From a virus (taxonomy: Duplodnaviria; Caudoviricetes): a stretch of DNA of 64,000 nucleotides. Where the stretch lies: IMG/VR virus record IMGVR_UViG_3300044295_000323, positions 897 through 64,896 of that record. One strand, written 5' to 3'. Positions 35,571-45,341 of the stretch are shown here, in pieces. The notes under the pieces are model-generated. The model was not told the origin of the DNA, searched no databases, and saw only the letters and a program-made list of their open reading frames with translations. The translations under genes and the position numbers were made by a program. Each line of letters begins with the position of its first letter. Positions within the stretch are counted from its first letter, which is position 1.

Positions 35571-36134
35571 GTGGACAATCCGCAAGACTTCCAAGACAAA
35601 CTTCATAACGCGTTTGATGGGCGACTGCGCCTCCGATGGTCTAACCAACGAGGCGAGTACCAGATCGAACAACGTGTGGCCCGTGGCATTGTGAACTTTC
35701 CGGCGCCCGATGACCAGGACGAGCAGATCCGTCTCAAAGACGGCTACTTCTACGTCATGAGCATTCGCAACGGGGATCGCATGCCGTGTCCAAAGTGCCA
35801 CCACACGCTGAAGGTCCCCATTCGCGAAGTTCGAGAGCTCAAATGTGGCGCGTGTGAGGCCCGTGGCCAGGACTATCGCGTCATTGCTGGCTACTACCCG
35901 CTTGATGATCAGCTCCTGAACTACCTCAAGATGATCGACCCTCTGCGCGGCGCCTCCAAAGAGATGCGCGCCCGGATCGACAAGCACAACGCCGAGTTCA
36001 CCGATAAGCAGCGGGACAAGGTGTTGACGCAACTGCGGGACGCGGCCGCAGACGACTTTACCCGCATCGCGGGAATCCCAACCACAAGCGTGAGCAAGAT
36101 CATGCCGGGCACCGAAGGGGTCCGGGGAGCCTAA
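35571..36134 (+). CDS. hypothetical protein with Zn ribbon
   Basis: CPKC...CGAC; GTG start with SD GAGG (track start 35544 lies on the hairpin). Confidence 0.6.
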   Translation: MDNPQDFQDKLHNAFDGRLRLRWSNQRGEYQIEQRVARGIVNFPAPDDQDEQIRLKDGYFYVMSIRNGDRMPCPKCHHTLKVPIREVRELKCGACEARGQDYRVIAGYYPLDDQLLNYLKMIDPLRGASKEMRARIDKHNAEFTDKQRDKVLTQLRDAAADDFTRIAGIPTTSVSKIMPGTEGVRGA

Positions 36135-36137
36135 GCT

Positions 36138-36500
36138 ATGAGTGACGCCAAATTTTTCATGCGGAAGACGCCGTATACGACGGAGCAGTTGACCGTCTCG
36201 AACGTCGTCAAGCAGTTGACGAGCGCCAAGGTTTTGAATACCGCTGGCGCCGAAGACGATGGATCGTCGCCGGCTCGGTGGGCCGTGACGTTTCCGGCCG
36301 ATGCAGTCCAGGTCGAGTTGATGGACTCCAACGGCATCTATTACACGCTGGACGGCTCCACACCCTCAAGTACCAACGGTGGCCGATTGAGCGTCATGGG
36401 CGACATGATCATCGTAAGTGGCCGCACTAAGATCGCCAATCTGAAGATGATCCGCGTCGGATCAGATTCTGTTGTGAACGTGACCTACTACAGGGACTAA
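36138..36500 (+). CDS. putative virion protein
   Basis: IYYTLDGSTPS...G motif; structural context. Confidence 0.55.
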   Translation: MSDAKFFMRKTPYTTEQLTVSNVVKQLTSAKVLNTAGAEDDGSSPARWAVTFPADAVQVELMDSNGIYYTLDGSTPSSTNGGRLSVMGDMIIVSGRTKIANLKMIRVGSDSVVNVTYYRD

Positions 36501-36504
36501 TCGC

Positions 36505-37191
36505 ATGAGGCAGCGTACATCGATCGGTATGACGATTCTGCTCTTGCTGGGTCTCTCCGTTTGGAGTGACGCGCAGAGCGTCGTCAGAAGTTCCATCACG
36601 AGTTTAACGGCCGGCGTCACGGGCACCTTGCCAGTGGCCAATGGCGGCACCAACAGTTCCACGGCCCTGTCTGGGTCGTCGATCGTCATTTCAAACGGCA
36701 CCGGAATCGTGCAGGGCTCAGCCGGTACCACGACGACGGTGCTCCATGGTAATGCGTCTGGGGCGCCAACCTACGGGGCGGTGACGCTCACGACGGACGT
36801 GACCGGCACGCTCCCAGTATCGAATGGCGGCACCGGTGTCACCTCCGCGTCTGCTCTTAGAAACTTGTCGACGGCGGTCTCCGCCCTGTCAGACGGTGCC
36901 ACGCCGGCACTCGATGCCTCGCTCGGGAACGTCTTCACGTTGTCGGCGGCCGGCAATCGAACGATCGCCGTTCCCACAAATCCCACGTCGGGGCAGAAGA
37001 TCATCATCCAGCATTATGCGAGTGGTGCGGATCGCACATTGTCGCTGAATACGGGCGCTGGTGGGTTTCGTTATGGCACTGACATTACGGGCCTTACTGC
37101 AACGACGTCTGGAAAGACGGACTACATCGGCGCCATTTATAACGCCACGGATTCCAAGTGGGACGTGGTGGCCTATGTGAAGGGGTACTAA
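36505..37191 (+). CDS. tail-fibre-like protein with N-terminal signal peptide
   Basis: two VTGTLPVxNGGT fibre repeats; C-terminal LDASLGNVFTL...GQKIII domain; MRQR-hydrophobic-SDA/Q leader. Confidence 0.65.
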   Translation: MRQRTSIGMTILLLLGLSVWSDAQSVVRSSITSLTAGVTGTLPVANGGTNSSTALSGSSIVISNGTGIVQGSAGTTTTVLHGNASGAPTYGAVTLTTDVTGTLPVSNGGTGVTSASALRNLSTAVSALSDGATPALDASLGNVFTLSAAGNRTIAVPTNPTSGQKIIIQHYASGADRTLSLNTGAGGFRYGTDITGLTATTSGKTDYIGAIYNATDSKWDVVAYVKGY

Positions 37192-38078
37192 TGCGTCGCC
37201 TAGTGGCCATTTCGCTCATCTTCCTCCTGACCATCTTCACGGCGCCGATGCAGGCGGCGCTGACGGTGGACGTGCTCTTGGTTGCCGGAGGCGGTGGTGG
37301 GGGTAAGGGCAACGCCGGTGTCGGGGGTGGCGGCGGGGGTGCTGGCGGCGTCAAGGAAACCAGCGGTGTTTCTGTGTCACCAGGCGCGTACAGCGTCGTG
37401 GTGGGCATGGGTGGTGCTGGATCAAGCACGAATAATGTGGTCGGATCAAGCGGCACAGATTCAACGTTCACGGGTGCAACCACAGCTGTCGGCGGGGGTG
37501 GTGGGTGGACGTACGATCAGGGCGGCGGCACCACGAGCGGCAACGGGGGATCCAGTGGTGGTGCAGCGTGGTGGGGCGCGCCAGGAACGGCAACGGCTGG
37601 CCAAGGTAATCAGGGTGGCACGTCGGTTTTTGGGGACAATGGCGGTGCGGGTGGTGGCGGTGCCAGTGCCACAGGCGGCGCCGCAGGCAGTACAGGCGGT
37701 GCCGGTGGCGCCGGCGTGTCAAGCAGCTATAGTGGCTCGGCCACGACGTACGGTGGTGGCGGAGGCGGTGGTGGCTCGACGGGTGGCGCAGGTGGCAGTG
37801 GTGGTGGTGGAGCCGGGGCTACAGGTGCCGTCGCCGGTACCGATGGGACGGCAAACCGTGGTGGCGGGGGCGGTGGTGGGTATTCGACAAGTAATGGTGG
37901 CGCGGGTGGCTCTGGTATCGCGATTATCCGGTATCTGACCGGCACGTTGACGGCTACTGGCGGCACCATTACGACCTCTGGCGGCTACACAATCCATACG
38001 TTCACCTCAAGTGGCACATTTACGGTGACAAATAGTGCGAAACATCGCATGTTCCTTCTTTTCCCAGGGGACGAGTAA
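37191..38078 (+). CDS. glycine-rich tail/receptor-binding-type protein with signal peptide
   Basis: LLVAGGGGGG...GGAGGSGIAIIRY...YTIHTFTSSGTFTV; leader MRRLVAISLIFLLTIFTAPMQA. Confidence 0.7.
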   Translation: MRRLVAISLIFLLTIFTAPMQAALTVDVLLVAGGGGGGKGNAGVGGGGGGAGGVKETSGVSVSPGAYSVVVGMGGAGSSTNNVVGSSGTDSTFTGATTAVGGGGGWTYDQGGGTTSGNGGSSGGAAWWGAPGTATAGQGNQGGTSVFGDNGGAGGGGASATGGAAGSTGGAGGAGVSSSYSGSATTYGGGGGGGGSTGGAGGSGGGGAGATGAVAGTDGTANRGGGGGGGYSTSNGGAGGSGIAIIRYLTGTLTATGGTITTSGGYTIHTFTSSGTFTVTNSAKHRMFLLFPGDE

Positions 38079-38390
38079 ATGAAGTGGATGGTCGCCGTTC
38101 TCTTGAGTAGTTGCCTTGTAGCGCCGGCATTCGCTCAAGAGCCCCTGACGCCGATTGAAAAAGAGCAGCTCGCAAGGGCTGCTCTTTTAGCTCAAGTCGA
38201 CACCTTGACGCAGGAGTTGGCCAAATGGCGGCGTGAAGCCGCCGATTTGGCCATTCGCGTCAGCCAGCTGGAAGTCGTCCTGCAACAGAAACTGAATGCC
38301 CAGTATTGGGCCGAGTTGAAAGCGTCCATCGAGGCCAATCACCCAGGGCAGACCCTGAACGAGAAGGGTCAATTGGAGACAAAGAAATAA
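38079..38390 (+). CDS. coiled-coil protein with signal peptide (fibre chaperone-like position)
   Basis: MKWMVAVLLSSCLVAPAFA/Q then heptads. Confidence 0.6.
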   Translation: MKWMVAVLLSSCLVAPAFAQEPLTPIEKEQLARAALLAQVDTLTQELAKWRREAADLAIRVSQLEVVLQQKLNAQYWAELKASIEANHPGQTLNEKGQLETKK

Positions 38391-39328
38391 TGCGTACCTT
38401 CAAAGATCTCCAAGACGTGGTGCTCGATTGGATGGCCGACTCGGATAACACCGGGCTCTTGCGAACCCTGGTGTCAGACGCCATCAATCGCGCCCACCAG
38501 AATCTGCTCAATGACGATCGGTACGATTTCATGCTGTGGCCGCGTACCGAAACCATCAGCGTGGTCGCCAACACGAAAGCGTACGCGCTGCATCCCCGGT
38601 TTGGCCACCCGTTGTTTTTCTACAATCCCACGACAGATGAGTACTTGGAAGAGGTGGCCCCGAAGGGCCTCCTGGAATCTGGTGAAGACTGGCAGGACGG
38701 CCAGGTTAGTGAGCCTGAACGGTTTATGCTTACTGGCCTGCAGAAGCTCCTCACTCAGCCCACAGCTGCTGGTGTCGTTACTGTTACTACTACGGGCGGA
38801 ACTGAGTCTTCTGCAAATTCTGTCGTTGTTACGGGAACCTACAATGGCGCAGTGGTTAGTGAGACGCTATCGTCAGGTTCAAGCTGGTCCACCCTTACCG
38901 GCACTCAGTCGTTTGATGTCATAGAAGACATCACCAAGGTTGGTGCGACATGGACTCGCACCATCACCGCGACCTGTAACGCCCAGACAATCTTGACACT
39001 AGGCGCCTCTGACTATGGGGCTCAGTACCGGGTGTTTGAGCTCCTGAGTAGCCCTACGCAGAGCGCCACCGTCCAATACCGCTTCTACAAGCAGCCGCGT
39101 CAGCTCGTGCGTGATAACGACATTCCCGACCTGCCCATGGGCTTCGACGACATCTTAGTCTATGGGGCGCTCATTGCTATGCATGGCTACACACGAGCCA
39201 CCGATGCCGAGATGACATGGTGGGCGAAGCAGCAGAAGACGCTGATTGACACCATGCAGGAAACTTACCGCTCGACACGTTCCATGGGCGGCCGACCGAC
39301 GTTTGTTCGCTACATCCCCAGGGTCTAA
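38390..39328 (+). CDS. head-tail adaptor / tail tubular A-like protein
   Basis: MRTFKDLQDVV...AINRAHQ, DIPDLPMGFDDILVYGAL; precedes the gp10-like gene. Confidence 0.65.
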   Translation: MRTFKDLQDVVLDWMADSDNTGLLRTLVSDAINRAHQNLLNDDRYDFMLWPRTETISVVANTKAYALHPRFGHPLFFYNPTTDEYLEEVAPKGLLESGEDWQDGQVSEPERFMLTGLQKLLTQPTAAGVVTVTTTGGTESSANSVVVTGTYNGAVVSETLSSGSSWSTLTGTQSFDVIEDITKVGATWTRTITATCNAQTILTLGASDYGAQYRVFELLSSPTQSATVQYRFYKQPRQLVRDNDIPDLPMGFDDILVYGALIAMHGYTRATDAEMTWWAKQQKTLIDTMQETYRSTRSMGGRPTFVRYIPRV

Positions 39329-41514
39329 TGGCTGATCTCTACCAGGAAATCACCGAATTCAGCGGCGGCGTGCAGTCGTCGGCAGCGGCAGATCGTATCC
39401 CGTTGAACGCCACCCCGTTGGCGATCAATACCGCGTTTCGGAATATTGGCTCGAAACAAGCCAATCTTGGGACGCGGCCAGGTCTCGTGACGATCAACTC
39501 GACCGCGATTGCTGGCAGTCCGGCCATTCAGTTTCAGCGACTCTACGCCTATGATGCGGGGAGCTCGTTCTATAACTATTTGGCCCTAGTAACGAACACG
39601 GGCCGTCTCTACTTTAAAGACACGTCTGACACACTGACGTCTGAGCTCACACCGCCGGCCGATTTCCGTGGCACCGCGAGCCATCTCTTTGCCACAGGCG
39701 ACAGCCTGATCGACGGCACCGTGATGAACAACCGACTATTCTTAGTGGATCAGAATAGCGAACTGCGCAGTCTGTTGAACCAGACCTATAAGCCGTGGGG
39801 CTTGAGCCCCTTGGCGACGTGGACCGCAGCTGGCGCTGCCTCGGGCATCAACGCGATGCCCAACGAGACCTACGACGTCTCGATCACGACGTATGATTCA
39901 GCGACGGGTGCTGAGTCGGCCATCGCCACCTACACGTCTGTCGCGATCGGCGGCGCGAATCGCCGTCTCAAGATCGACATCACGCCCACGAGCACAGAGT
40001 CCGCCACCTACTCCCACTGGCGCGTCTACGTTCGGCGCCAGACGACCCAGGCGGATCTCTACAAAGTCTCGAATCTCTACAACGCGGCCGGCACCCTGAC
40101 GATTACGGACAGCAACATCCCGATCGCCACCACCACCATCTATGCGGACTTGAGCTCGGCGCAGATCGCCGCCCTGACGACCGTGGCGCCCAGTGCGGCT
40201 CAGTATGGGCTGCCGCCGACGGACATCCGCTACGTCTGCACCTATGGACGTCGTCTCATTTGTGCGTCGGACCGGAACGTCTACTGGTCGCTGATCGACA
40301 AACCGGATTCGTTCCCGACGACGGCCTTCGAGCCCATTGAAACGGGCGAAGGTGATCGCATTACGGGCGTCTATCCGTTTAGCTCCGAACTGTGCGTCGT
40401 CACCACGACGACCTCAACCTGGGGCATCTTTGGATCCGATCCAGAGACGTGGGTCATTCGCCCTATTGACCATAGCGTGGGAAGTGTTTCTCATCTGTCG
40501 ATCACAGAGTATGACGGCAAGCTCGCCTGGTGGTCGTCCGAACGTGGTCCGGTCTTCTTTGACGGCGAAAAGCTGAGCTTCCAGGCACTTGACGATCTGG
40601 GTGTCCAGGCCGTCGTAGGCGACATTGAACCGTCGTCGATGAGCAAGATCTACGGTGGCTATGACCCGCAGGGACAGCGCATCCTGTGGTCGGTGGCGCC
40701 CGTGGGCACGCTGACGCGTCTGACGCGACTGATCCCCTACAACACCAGGATCCAGCGGTTTGAAGCCTCCTATTGGAATCCTATGGATGTCTCCTCGATG
40801 TCGATGGGCTATCTGGCCGATGGCACCCAGCGGCTCTTTGTGGGCGGCTTTGGCGGTCAGTTGTTCTACTTCGACAAAGACACGATGAACGATGGTGTTG
40901 TGAGCGGCACGTCTACGCAGACGTTTACGCCAAGCACGTCTACGATCACCACGATCGACGGGACGGGGTTTGACACCACGGGCGCCGGTCTGGCCGAGCG
41001 CTACGTCGTGGTGTGCGATAGCGACAACCGCCCGATGGGCAAGTCGCGCATTAGCTCGAACACGTCAACGGTGCTAACGCTGGCGAACGGTATCAGCGGC
41101 CTCACGGCTGGGCGCTCCCATACGGCCTATATTGGGGGCCCCGACATGCGGCTCTATACCAAGTGGCTCGATCTGGAGCAGACGTTCAATCGCAAGCGCT
41201 TTGACCGCCTCTACTTGCAGGCGCAGAGTAGCGGCGACGTCAGCGCGGCCTATGTCGCGACTCAGGTCGACTTCATTAACGAAACACTGGCACCGCAGAA
41301 TCCGTTCCAAGTCTCGGGGGCGTCCTGGGATTCGGCTGTCTGGGACACCTCTCAGTGGGCCGGCGTGGGTCAGCTCAAGAAACGCATATTTATTGGTCGT
41401 ACCGGCCAGTCCTTGCGTGTGTCCATGTTTCACTTCAAGCCCGATGTGGACTTGACAGTGCATACGATCGGTGTGTTAGCGAGACAGCAGTCGGAGCGAT
41501 ACTACGGTGACTAA
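39328..41514 (+). CDS. tail tubular B / P22 gp10-like stabilization protein
   Basis: EFSGG...LGTRPG N-terminus, VYWSLIDKPDSF, GDRITG, WDSAVWDTSQW; beta-propeller-like. Confidence 0.7.
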   Translation: MADLYQEITEFSGGVQSSAAADRIPLNATPLAINTAFRNIGSKQANLGTRPGLVTINSTAIAGSPAIQFQRLYAYDAGSSFYNYLALVTNTGRLYFKDTSDTLTSELTPPADFRGTASHLFATGDSLIDGTVMNNRLFLVDQNSELRSLLNQTYKPWGLSPLATWTAAGAASGINAMPNETYDVSITTYDSATGAESAIATYTSVAIGGANRRLKIDITPTSTESATYSHWRVYVRRQTTQADLYKVSNLYNAAGTLTITDSNIPIATTTIYADLSSAQIAALTTVAPSAAQYGLPPTDIRYVCTYGRRLICASDRNVYWSLIDKPDSFPTTAFEPIETGEGDRITGVYPFSSELCVVTTTTSTWGIFGSDPETWVIRPIDHSVGSVSHLSITEYDGKLAWWSSERGPVFFDGEKLSFQALDDLGVQAVVGDIEPSSMSKIYGGYDPQGQRILWSVAPVGTLTRLTRLIPYNTRIQRFEASYWNPMDVSSMSMGYLADGTQRLFVGGFGGQLFYFDKDTMNDGVVSGTSTQTFTPSTSTITTIDGTGFDTTGAGLAERYVVVCDSDNRPMGKSRISSNTSTVLTLANGISGLTAGRSHTAYIGGPDMRLYTKWLDLEQTFNRKRFDRLYLQAQSSGDVSAAYVATQVDFINETLAPQNPFQVSGASWDSAVWDTSQWAGVGQLKKRIFIGRTGQSLRVSMFHFKPDVDLTVHTIGVLARQQSERYYGD

Positions 41515-41818
41515 TGAAGACCGGGTCTATTTTGACCGCCAAATCCCCTCGACCCAGTACGAGTATGTAGACGCCTATTTTCCGGCCGCTGATACCGATA
41601 TCAAGATCCCATTGAGTCGCCTTCGCCTCGATAATCCTGAGGAAATTCGATGGCTTGACATTTCTCCAGGAACGGTGTATAGTGGTGGTGTAGACACTGT
41701 GGCCCACGTCTACAGATCTTCTGGCCCTTCCCGGGGCGCCTTCACTAGTAGCGCCATTGTCCTGCGATCCACGGTAGCCGGTTACCGGACCAGGCTTCTC
41801 CTCTTCGTTGAACGATAA
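41507..41818 (+). CDS. hypothetical tail protein
   Basis: overlapping junctions within the tail module. Confidence 0.55.
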   Translation: MTNEDRVYFDRQIPSTQYEYVDAYFPAADTDIKIPLSRLRLDNPEEIRWLDISPGTVYSGGVDTVAHVYRSSGPSRGAFTSSAIVLRSTVAGYRTRLLLFVER

Positions 41819-42564
41819 TGAAAAAGCTACTCTTTCTTCTGACTCTGCTGGCGCCCGTTCCTGTGTGGGCCCAGATCTCCATCCCCAATACGTTCAATCC
41901 TGGTGACACGATCTATTCGAGCCAGGTCAATGCCAATTTTACGGCGCTCGGTTCCGATAGTTTGAATCGGACGGGTGGGACCATTACTGGCAACATTACA
42001 GTTTCTAACGGCATCACGATCGATGGTATCGATCTGAGTGCCTATTTGGACCAGAGCGTCAAAGTGGCGGCGACACCGACGTTCGCGGGCCTGACGATCA
42101 GCGGCACGGGTGCCTCGAGTCTGGACATCGGCGGCGGTCTGAATGCCGGCACGGGCAACGTCGCCATCATCAGCGCGACGGGCAAGATTCCCGCGTATTC
42201 GTCCACATATTTCACGTCGACGAAGCTGACGAACTACTCTGAGACCAAGGCGGCCCCGTCGATTTCCTCGAATACGCTGACGCTGGATCTGTCGACCGCC
42301 TCTCACTTTGTTGTCGCGTTGAACGCCAATATTACGACGCTGACGATCTCCAATGCCCCAACGTCAGGTGACGCTGGATCGTTTGTCCTAGTCTTTACGG
42401 CTGATGGATCGGCCCGCACTGTGACGTGGCCGGCGAGTGTGAAGTGGCCGGCAGGCGTGGCCCCGACGCTCACTTCTACGAACAACAAGAAAGACTTCTT
42501 CACCTTTGTCACCTATGACGCCGGGACCACGTGGTACGGCTTTGTGGGTGGGCAGAACTTCTAA
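41818..42564 (+). CDS. tail-fibre-like protein with signal peptide
   Basis: MKKLLFLLTLLAPVPVWA/Q; NTFNPGDTIYSSQVNANF anchor-type motif; C-terminal domain paralogous to 36505..37191. Confidence 0.7.
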   Translation: MKKLLFLLTLLAPVPVWAQISIPNTFNPGDTIYSSQVNANFTALGSDSLNRTGGTITGNITVSNGITIDGIDLSAYLDQSVKVAATPTFAGLTISGTGASSLDIGGGLNAGTGNVAIISATGKIPAYSSTYFTSTKLTNYSETKAAPSISSNTLTLDLSTASHFVVALNANITTLTISNAPTSGDAGSFVLVFTADGSARTVTWPASVKWPAGVAPTLTSTNNKKDFFTFVTYDAGTTWYGFVGGQNF

Positions 42565-43532
42565 TGCAGACAGTATTAGCCTTGACGCTGAGCGCCGCTC
42601 TTGTCTGGGCGCCCATTGATCAACTCACCAAGCTGCTCCTGGCGCAGACGTCATTCACGATGGTTTATACCGGGACGGCGTCTGGATCCTGGACGCCCAC
42701 CACTGGTGCCACGTTAGATTTTGGCCCTGGTACCTACTCCATCACGGTGTCAAAGGCGGCCACCCTGACGTTCGACGCGGTCGCCGCAGGTGGTGGGGGT
42801 GGTGGCACGAACACCACGGGCGCTACACCCGGCGCGGGTGGAGGCGGTGGCGGGGCCATTAGTCGTGGCAACAGCATCGCCATGGCCCCGGGCAACACCT
42901 ATACGCTCATTGTGGGCGCCGCTGGCTATGGTGGCGGTGCAGGAGTCGCAGGCGGTGCCGGTGGCGACACGAGTTTCGTAAATGCTACCTCTGTGACTAC
43001 GTATGTGTATGTCGGTGGTGGTAGTGCTGGTCAGGGCGCAGACGCCTCGGGTCTGACAACGCCAGGTGGTGCGGGTGGCACTGTGAGCGTGGGATCTGGT
43101 GGTGTCGCTGGCGGCGCAGGTGGTAACGGCAACCCGGCCGGCGGTTCTGATATGTACGGCGCCCAGAATGCCAACGGTACGGGCGGTGGTGGTGCCGGTG
43201 GTCCAGTTTCGACGAGCACCACACCAGGCCAGGCGGGCTACGGTGGTGCCTCTCCAGCAGCTGGTACGTCTGGTACGGGCGGTGCGGGTGGCTACAGCGG
43301 CGACACCATCAGCATTGCCGCCACAGCCGGTACATCAAGTAGTGGCGCAGGTGGTGGTGTTGAAGTCGCGGCGGGCGGCATTAACGGCGGTGGTGGTGGT
43401 GGTGGCGGCGGTGGTGCCTCGATCGCTGGTGGATACTACGGTGGCGGGGGCGGTGGAGCAGGTGGTTCAGGCGGCGGTGGTTCAGCCTCAGGTGGTGCCG
43501 GCGCAAACGGCCGAGCCCGATTTACGAAATAA
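42564..43532 (+). CDS. glycine-rich tail protein with signal-like leader
   Basis: MQTVLALTLSAALVWA; AVAAGGGGGG...YTLIVGAAGYGG paralogous to 37191..38078. Confidence 0.65.
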   Translation: MQTVLALTLSAALVWAPIDQLTKLLLAQTSFTMVYTGTASGSWTPTTGATLDFGPGTYSITVSKAATLTFDAVAAGGGGGGTNTTGATPGAGGGGGGAISRGNSIAMAPGNTYTLIVGAAGYGGGAGVAGGAGGDTSFVNATSVTTYVYVGGGSAGQGADASGLTTPGGAGGTVSVGSGGVAGGAGGNGNPAGGSDMYGAQNANGTGGGGAGGPVSTSTTPGQAGYGGASPAAGTSGTGGAGGYSGDTISIAATAGTSSSGAGGGVEVAAGGINGGGGGGGGGGASIAGGYYGGGGGGAGGSGGGGSASGGAGANGRARFTK

Positions 43533-43543
43533 TAGGAGCAGAC

Positions 43544-43942
43544 ATGACGCAGTTTCAGGACGTAATTAATGAAGCCGTGAAGGCGATTGTTGTGACTTCC
43601 ATTGGCGCGATCGCCCCCCTGGTGGTGGCCATTGTCGTCAAGATCTTCCAGAAGTTCCACATTGAACTGAGCGAGGTGCAGGAAGTGAAGATCCGTGGCG
43701 CCGTGCAGAACATCTTGCTGGAAGTGGAAGAGTGGGCCTCGCATCGTCTGAAGGCGAACTTCGAAGTCACTTCGGGCCAGAAGTTGGAACGGGCGGTGGA
43801 AGCCATCGTGACCAAGTTCCCAGGCATTGACGACGAGGAAGCGACCAAGCTGGTGCGCGAAGAGCTGCCCAAAATTGGCCTCGGAGCCGTCAGTTTTTTA
43901 GCCGAGGCGGCCAAGGCCGCGACCCAGAACCCGAGCAAGTAA
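43544..43942 (+). CDS. putative holin (LL-H-like)
   Basis: N-terminal TM, then AVQ..VEE...GQKLERAV pattern; near endolysin. Confidence 0.6.
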   Translation: MTQFQDVINEAVKAIVVTSIGAIAPLVVAIVVKIFQKFHIELSEVQEVKIRGAVQNILLEVEEWASHRLKANFEVTSGQKLERAVEAIVTKFPGIDDEEATKLVREELPKIGLGAVSFLAEAAKAATQNPSK

Positions 43943-44172
43943 TGCCGGAGCCCAAGCCTCCCGTCAGTATCCAGGCCGATGAGCAGCTGAAGAAACTGCT
44001 CGCCGACCTTCCGTCCACCGGGCGCGGGATCGTCACAGCCACCGTTACGAACGACGGGGCTCAGATCGATTTCGCGACCAAGATCAACTCGCACTTTACG
44101 TCGTCGGCCTATTGGCAGAAGCCCCGTACGGGGGCTGCTACATGGGGCGCCAGAGCAACCGTGCAATGGTAG
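43942..44172 (+). CDS. hypothetical protein
   Basis: TAATG overlap; within the lysis cluster. Confidence 0.55.
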   Translation: MPEPKPPVSIQADEQLKKLLADLPSTGRGIVTATVTNDGAQIDFATKINSHFTSSAYWQKPRTGAATWGARATVQW

Positions 44173-44179
44173 TCGAATC

Positions 44180-44425
44180 ATGCCCAGTAGCCCCGTCACC
44201 CGTGAAGAGCTCATTGCTCACCTAGATCCGATCAAGAGCGACGTCCAGGAAATCGTGACGTTGTTGAGGGAACAAAACTCTGCCATATCGGACACCAAGA
44301 CCGAAGTGGCGGTCTTAAAAGATCGTCAGCCCACACGCCAGGCCATGGCGTGGGGCGCCGGTGCGGGTTCGTTCGTGGCCGCCCTCGGCATGCTCTTGGA
44401 CTATCTGCGATTCCACTCCAAATAA
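44180..44425 (+). CDS. coiled-coil + C-terminal TM protein (lysis-associated)
   Basis: heptads, EVAVLK, C-terminal hydrophobic helix. Confidence 0.55.
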   Translation: MPSSPVTREELIAHLDPIKSDVQEIVTLLREQNSAISDTKTEVAVLKDRQPTRQAMAWGAGAGSFVAALGMLLDYLRFHSK

Positions 44426-44868
44426 TGACGCCCTTTCAACTCGCCCAGCGGTACGTTGGTATTCATGAGCTCATTAAGGGTGATCATCCCCTGATCCAGT
44501 GGTGGTTGTCCCTGTGTGGCTTTCCCATGAACGTCACCGATGAAGTGGCGTGGTGTAGCGCCTTCGTTAATGGGATGTGCTGGGAACTGAGACTCCCCCG
44601 GTCGAAGTCAGCAGCGGCCCGCAGTTGGCTCCAAGTGGGAACGCCCATTAGCATTAGCCAGGCCATGCCGGGCTTTGACGTTGTCGTCTTAAAGCGCGGT
44701 CAGGGTCAACAGCCTGGGCCCGATGTGATCAATGCTCCGGGTCACGTAGGCTTCTTCGCCGGCATGGAAAACGGCAAGGTGCTCGTCCTGGCCGGGAATC
44801 AAGGGAACGCTGTGAGCGTCCTCGCATTTCCCCTCGGGGACGTCCTGGGCATTCGGCGGGTGAGCTAA
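44425..44868 (+). CDS. NlpC/P60-CHAP endolysin (TIGR02594-like)
   Basis: DEVAWCSAFVN, AARSW, GHVGFF, LAGNQ. Confidence 0.85.
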   Translation: MTPFQLAQRYVGIHELIKGDHPLIQWWLSLCGFPMNVTDEVAWCSAFVNGMCWELRLPRSKSAAARSWLQVGTPISISQAMPGFDVVVLKRGQGQQPGPDVINAPGHVGFFAGMENGKVLVLAGNQGNAVSVLAFPLGDVLGIRRVS

Positions 44869-44870
44869 CC

Positions 44871-45338
44871 ATGAATCAGATGCCCATGTACAGGCCCCAG
44901 AATCGGGACGCCCAGGCGCCCCAGCCCGGGCCACAGCCGCAGACGCAGGAGAACAACGGCGGCCCCAAGGGTTTCGGGCAGCCGGCCGCCCCCAACCGGA
45001 TGAGCCAGCCCCCGCAGGGCCGCTCTCCGCAACCTCCCCAGGGTCCACCCCCTGCGCAGACGCCCGGGAACGGTCAGCCCCCCAATCTGTATCCACCGCA
45101 GATGCCGCCCAACCCGGCCTATCAGCTGTGGTCGAACCGCAATAGCTTGAGTCCCGATCAGCTGATCACACAAGCCTTTGTGGCCTACACGGGCCAGCCC
45201 CCGACGCCCGAGCAGATTCAGATGTTCATGCAGTCGGCGTCCAATACCGACGATCTCGTGCAGCAGCTTATCAACTTGCAGCATCCGGGCCAGCCCTCGA
45301 TGGTGCAGCAGGCCGTCAATCCCAACCCACAGTTCTAG
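44871..45338 (+). CDS. Pro/Gln-rich protein
   Basis: low-complexity ORF leading the ejection-protein block. Confidence 0.55.
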   Translation: MNQMPMYRPQNRDAQAPQPGPQPQTQENNGGPKGFGQPAAPNRMSQPPQGRSPQPPQGPPPAQTPGNGQPPNLYPPQMPPNPAYQLWSNRNSLSPDQLITQAFVAYTGQPPTPEQIQMFMQSASNTDDLVQQLINLQHPGQPSMVQQAVNPNPQF

Positions 45339-45341
45339 CCC

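Noticed and set aside
37191-43532. Gly-rich GGN runs as tandem DNA repeats or DGR target/template
   Set aside because: Explained by Gly codons with varied third positions; no reverse transcriptase and no adenine-specific repeat pair seen.
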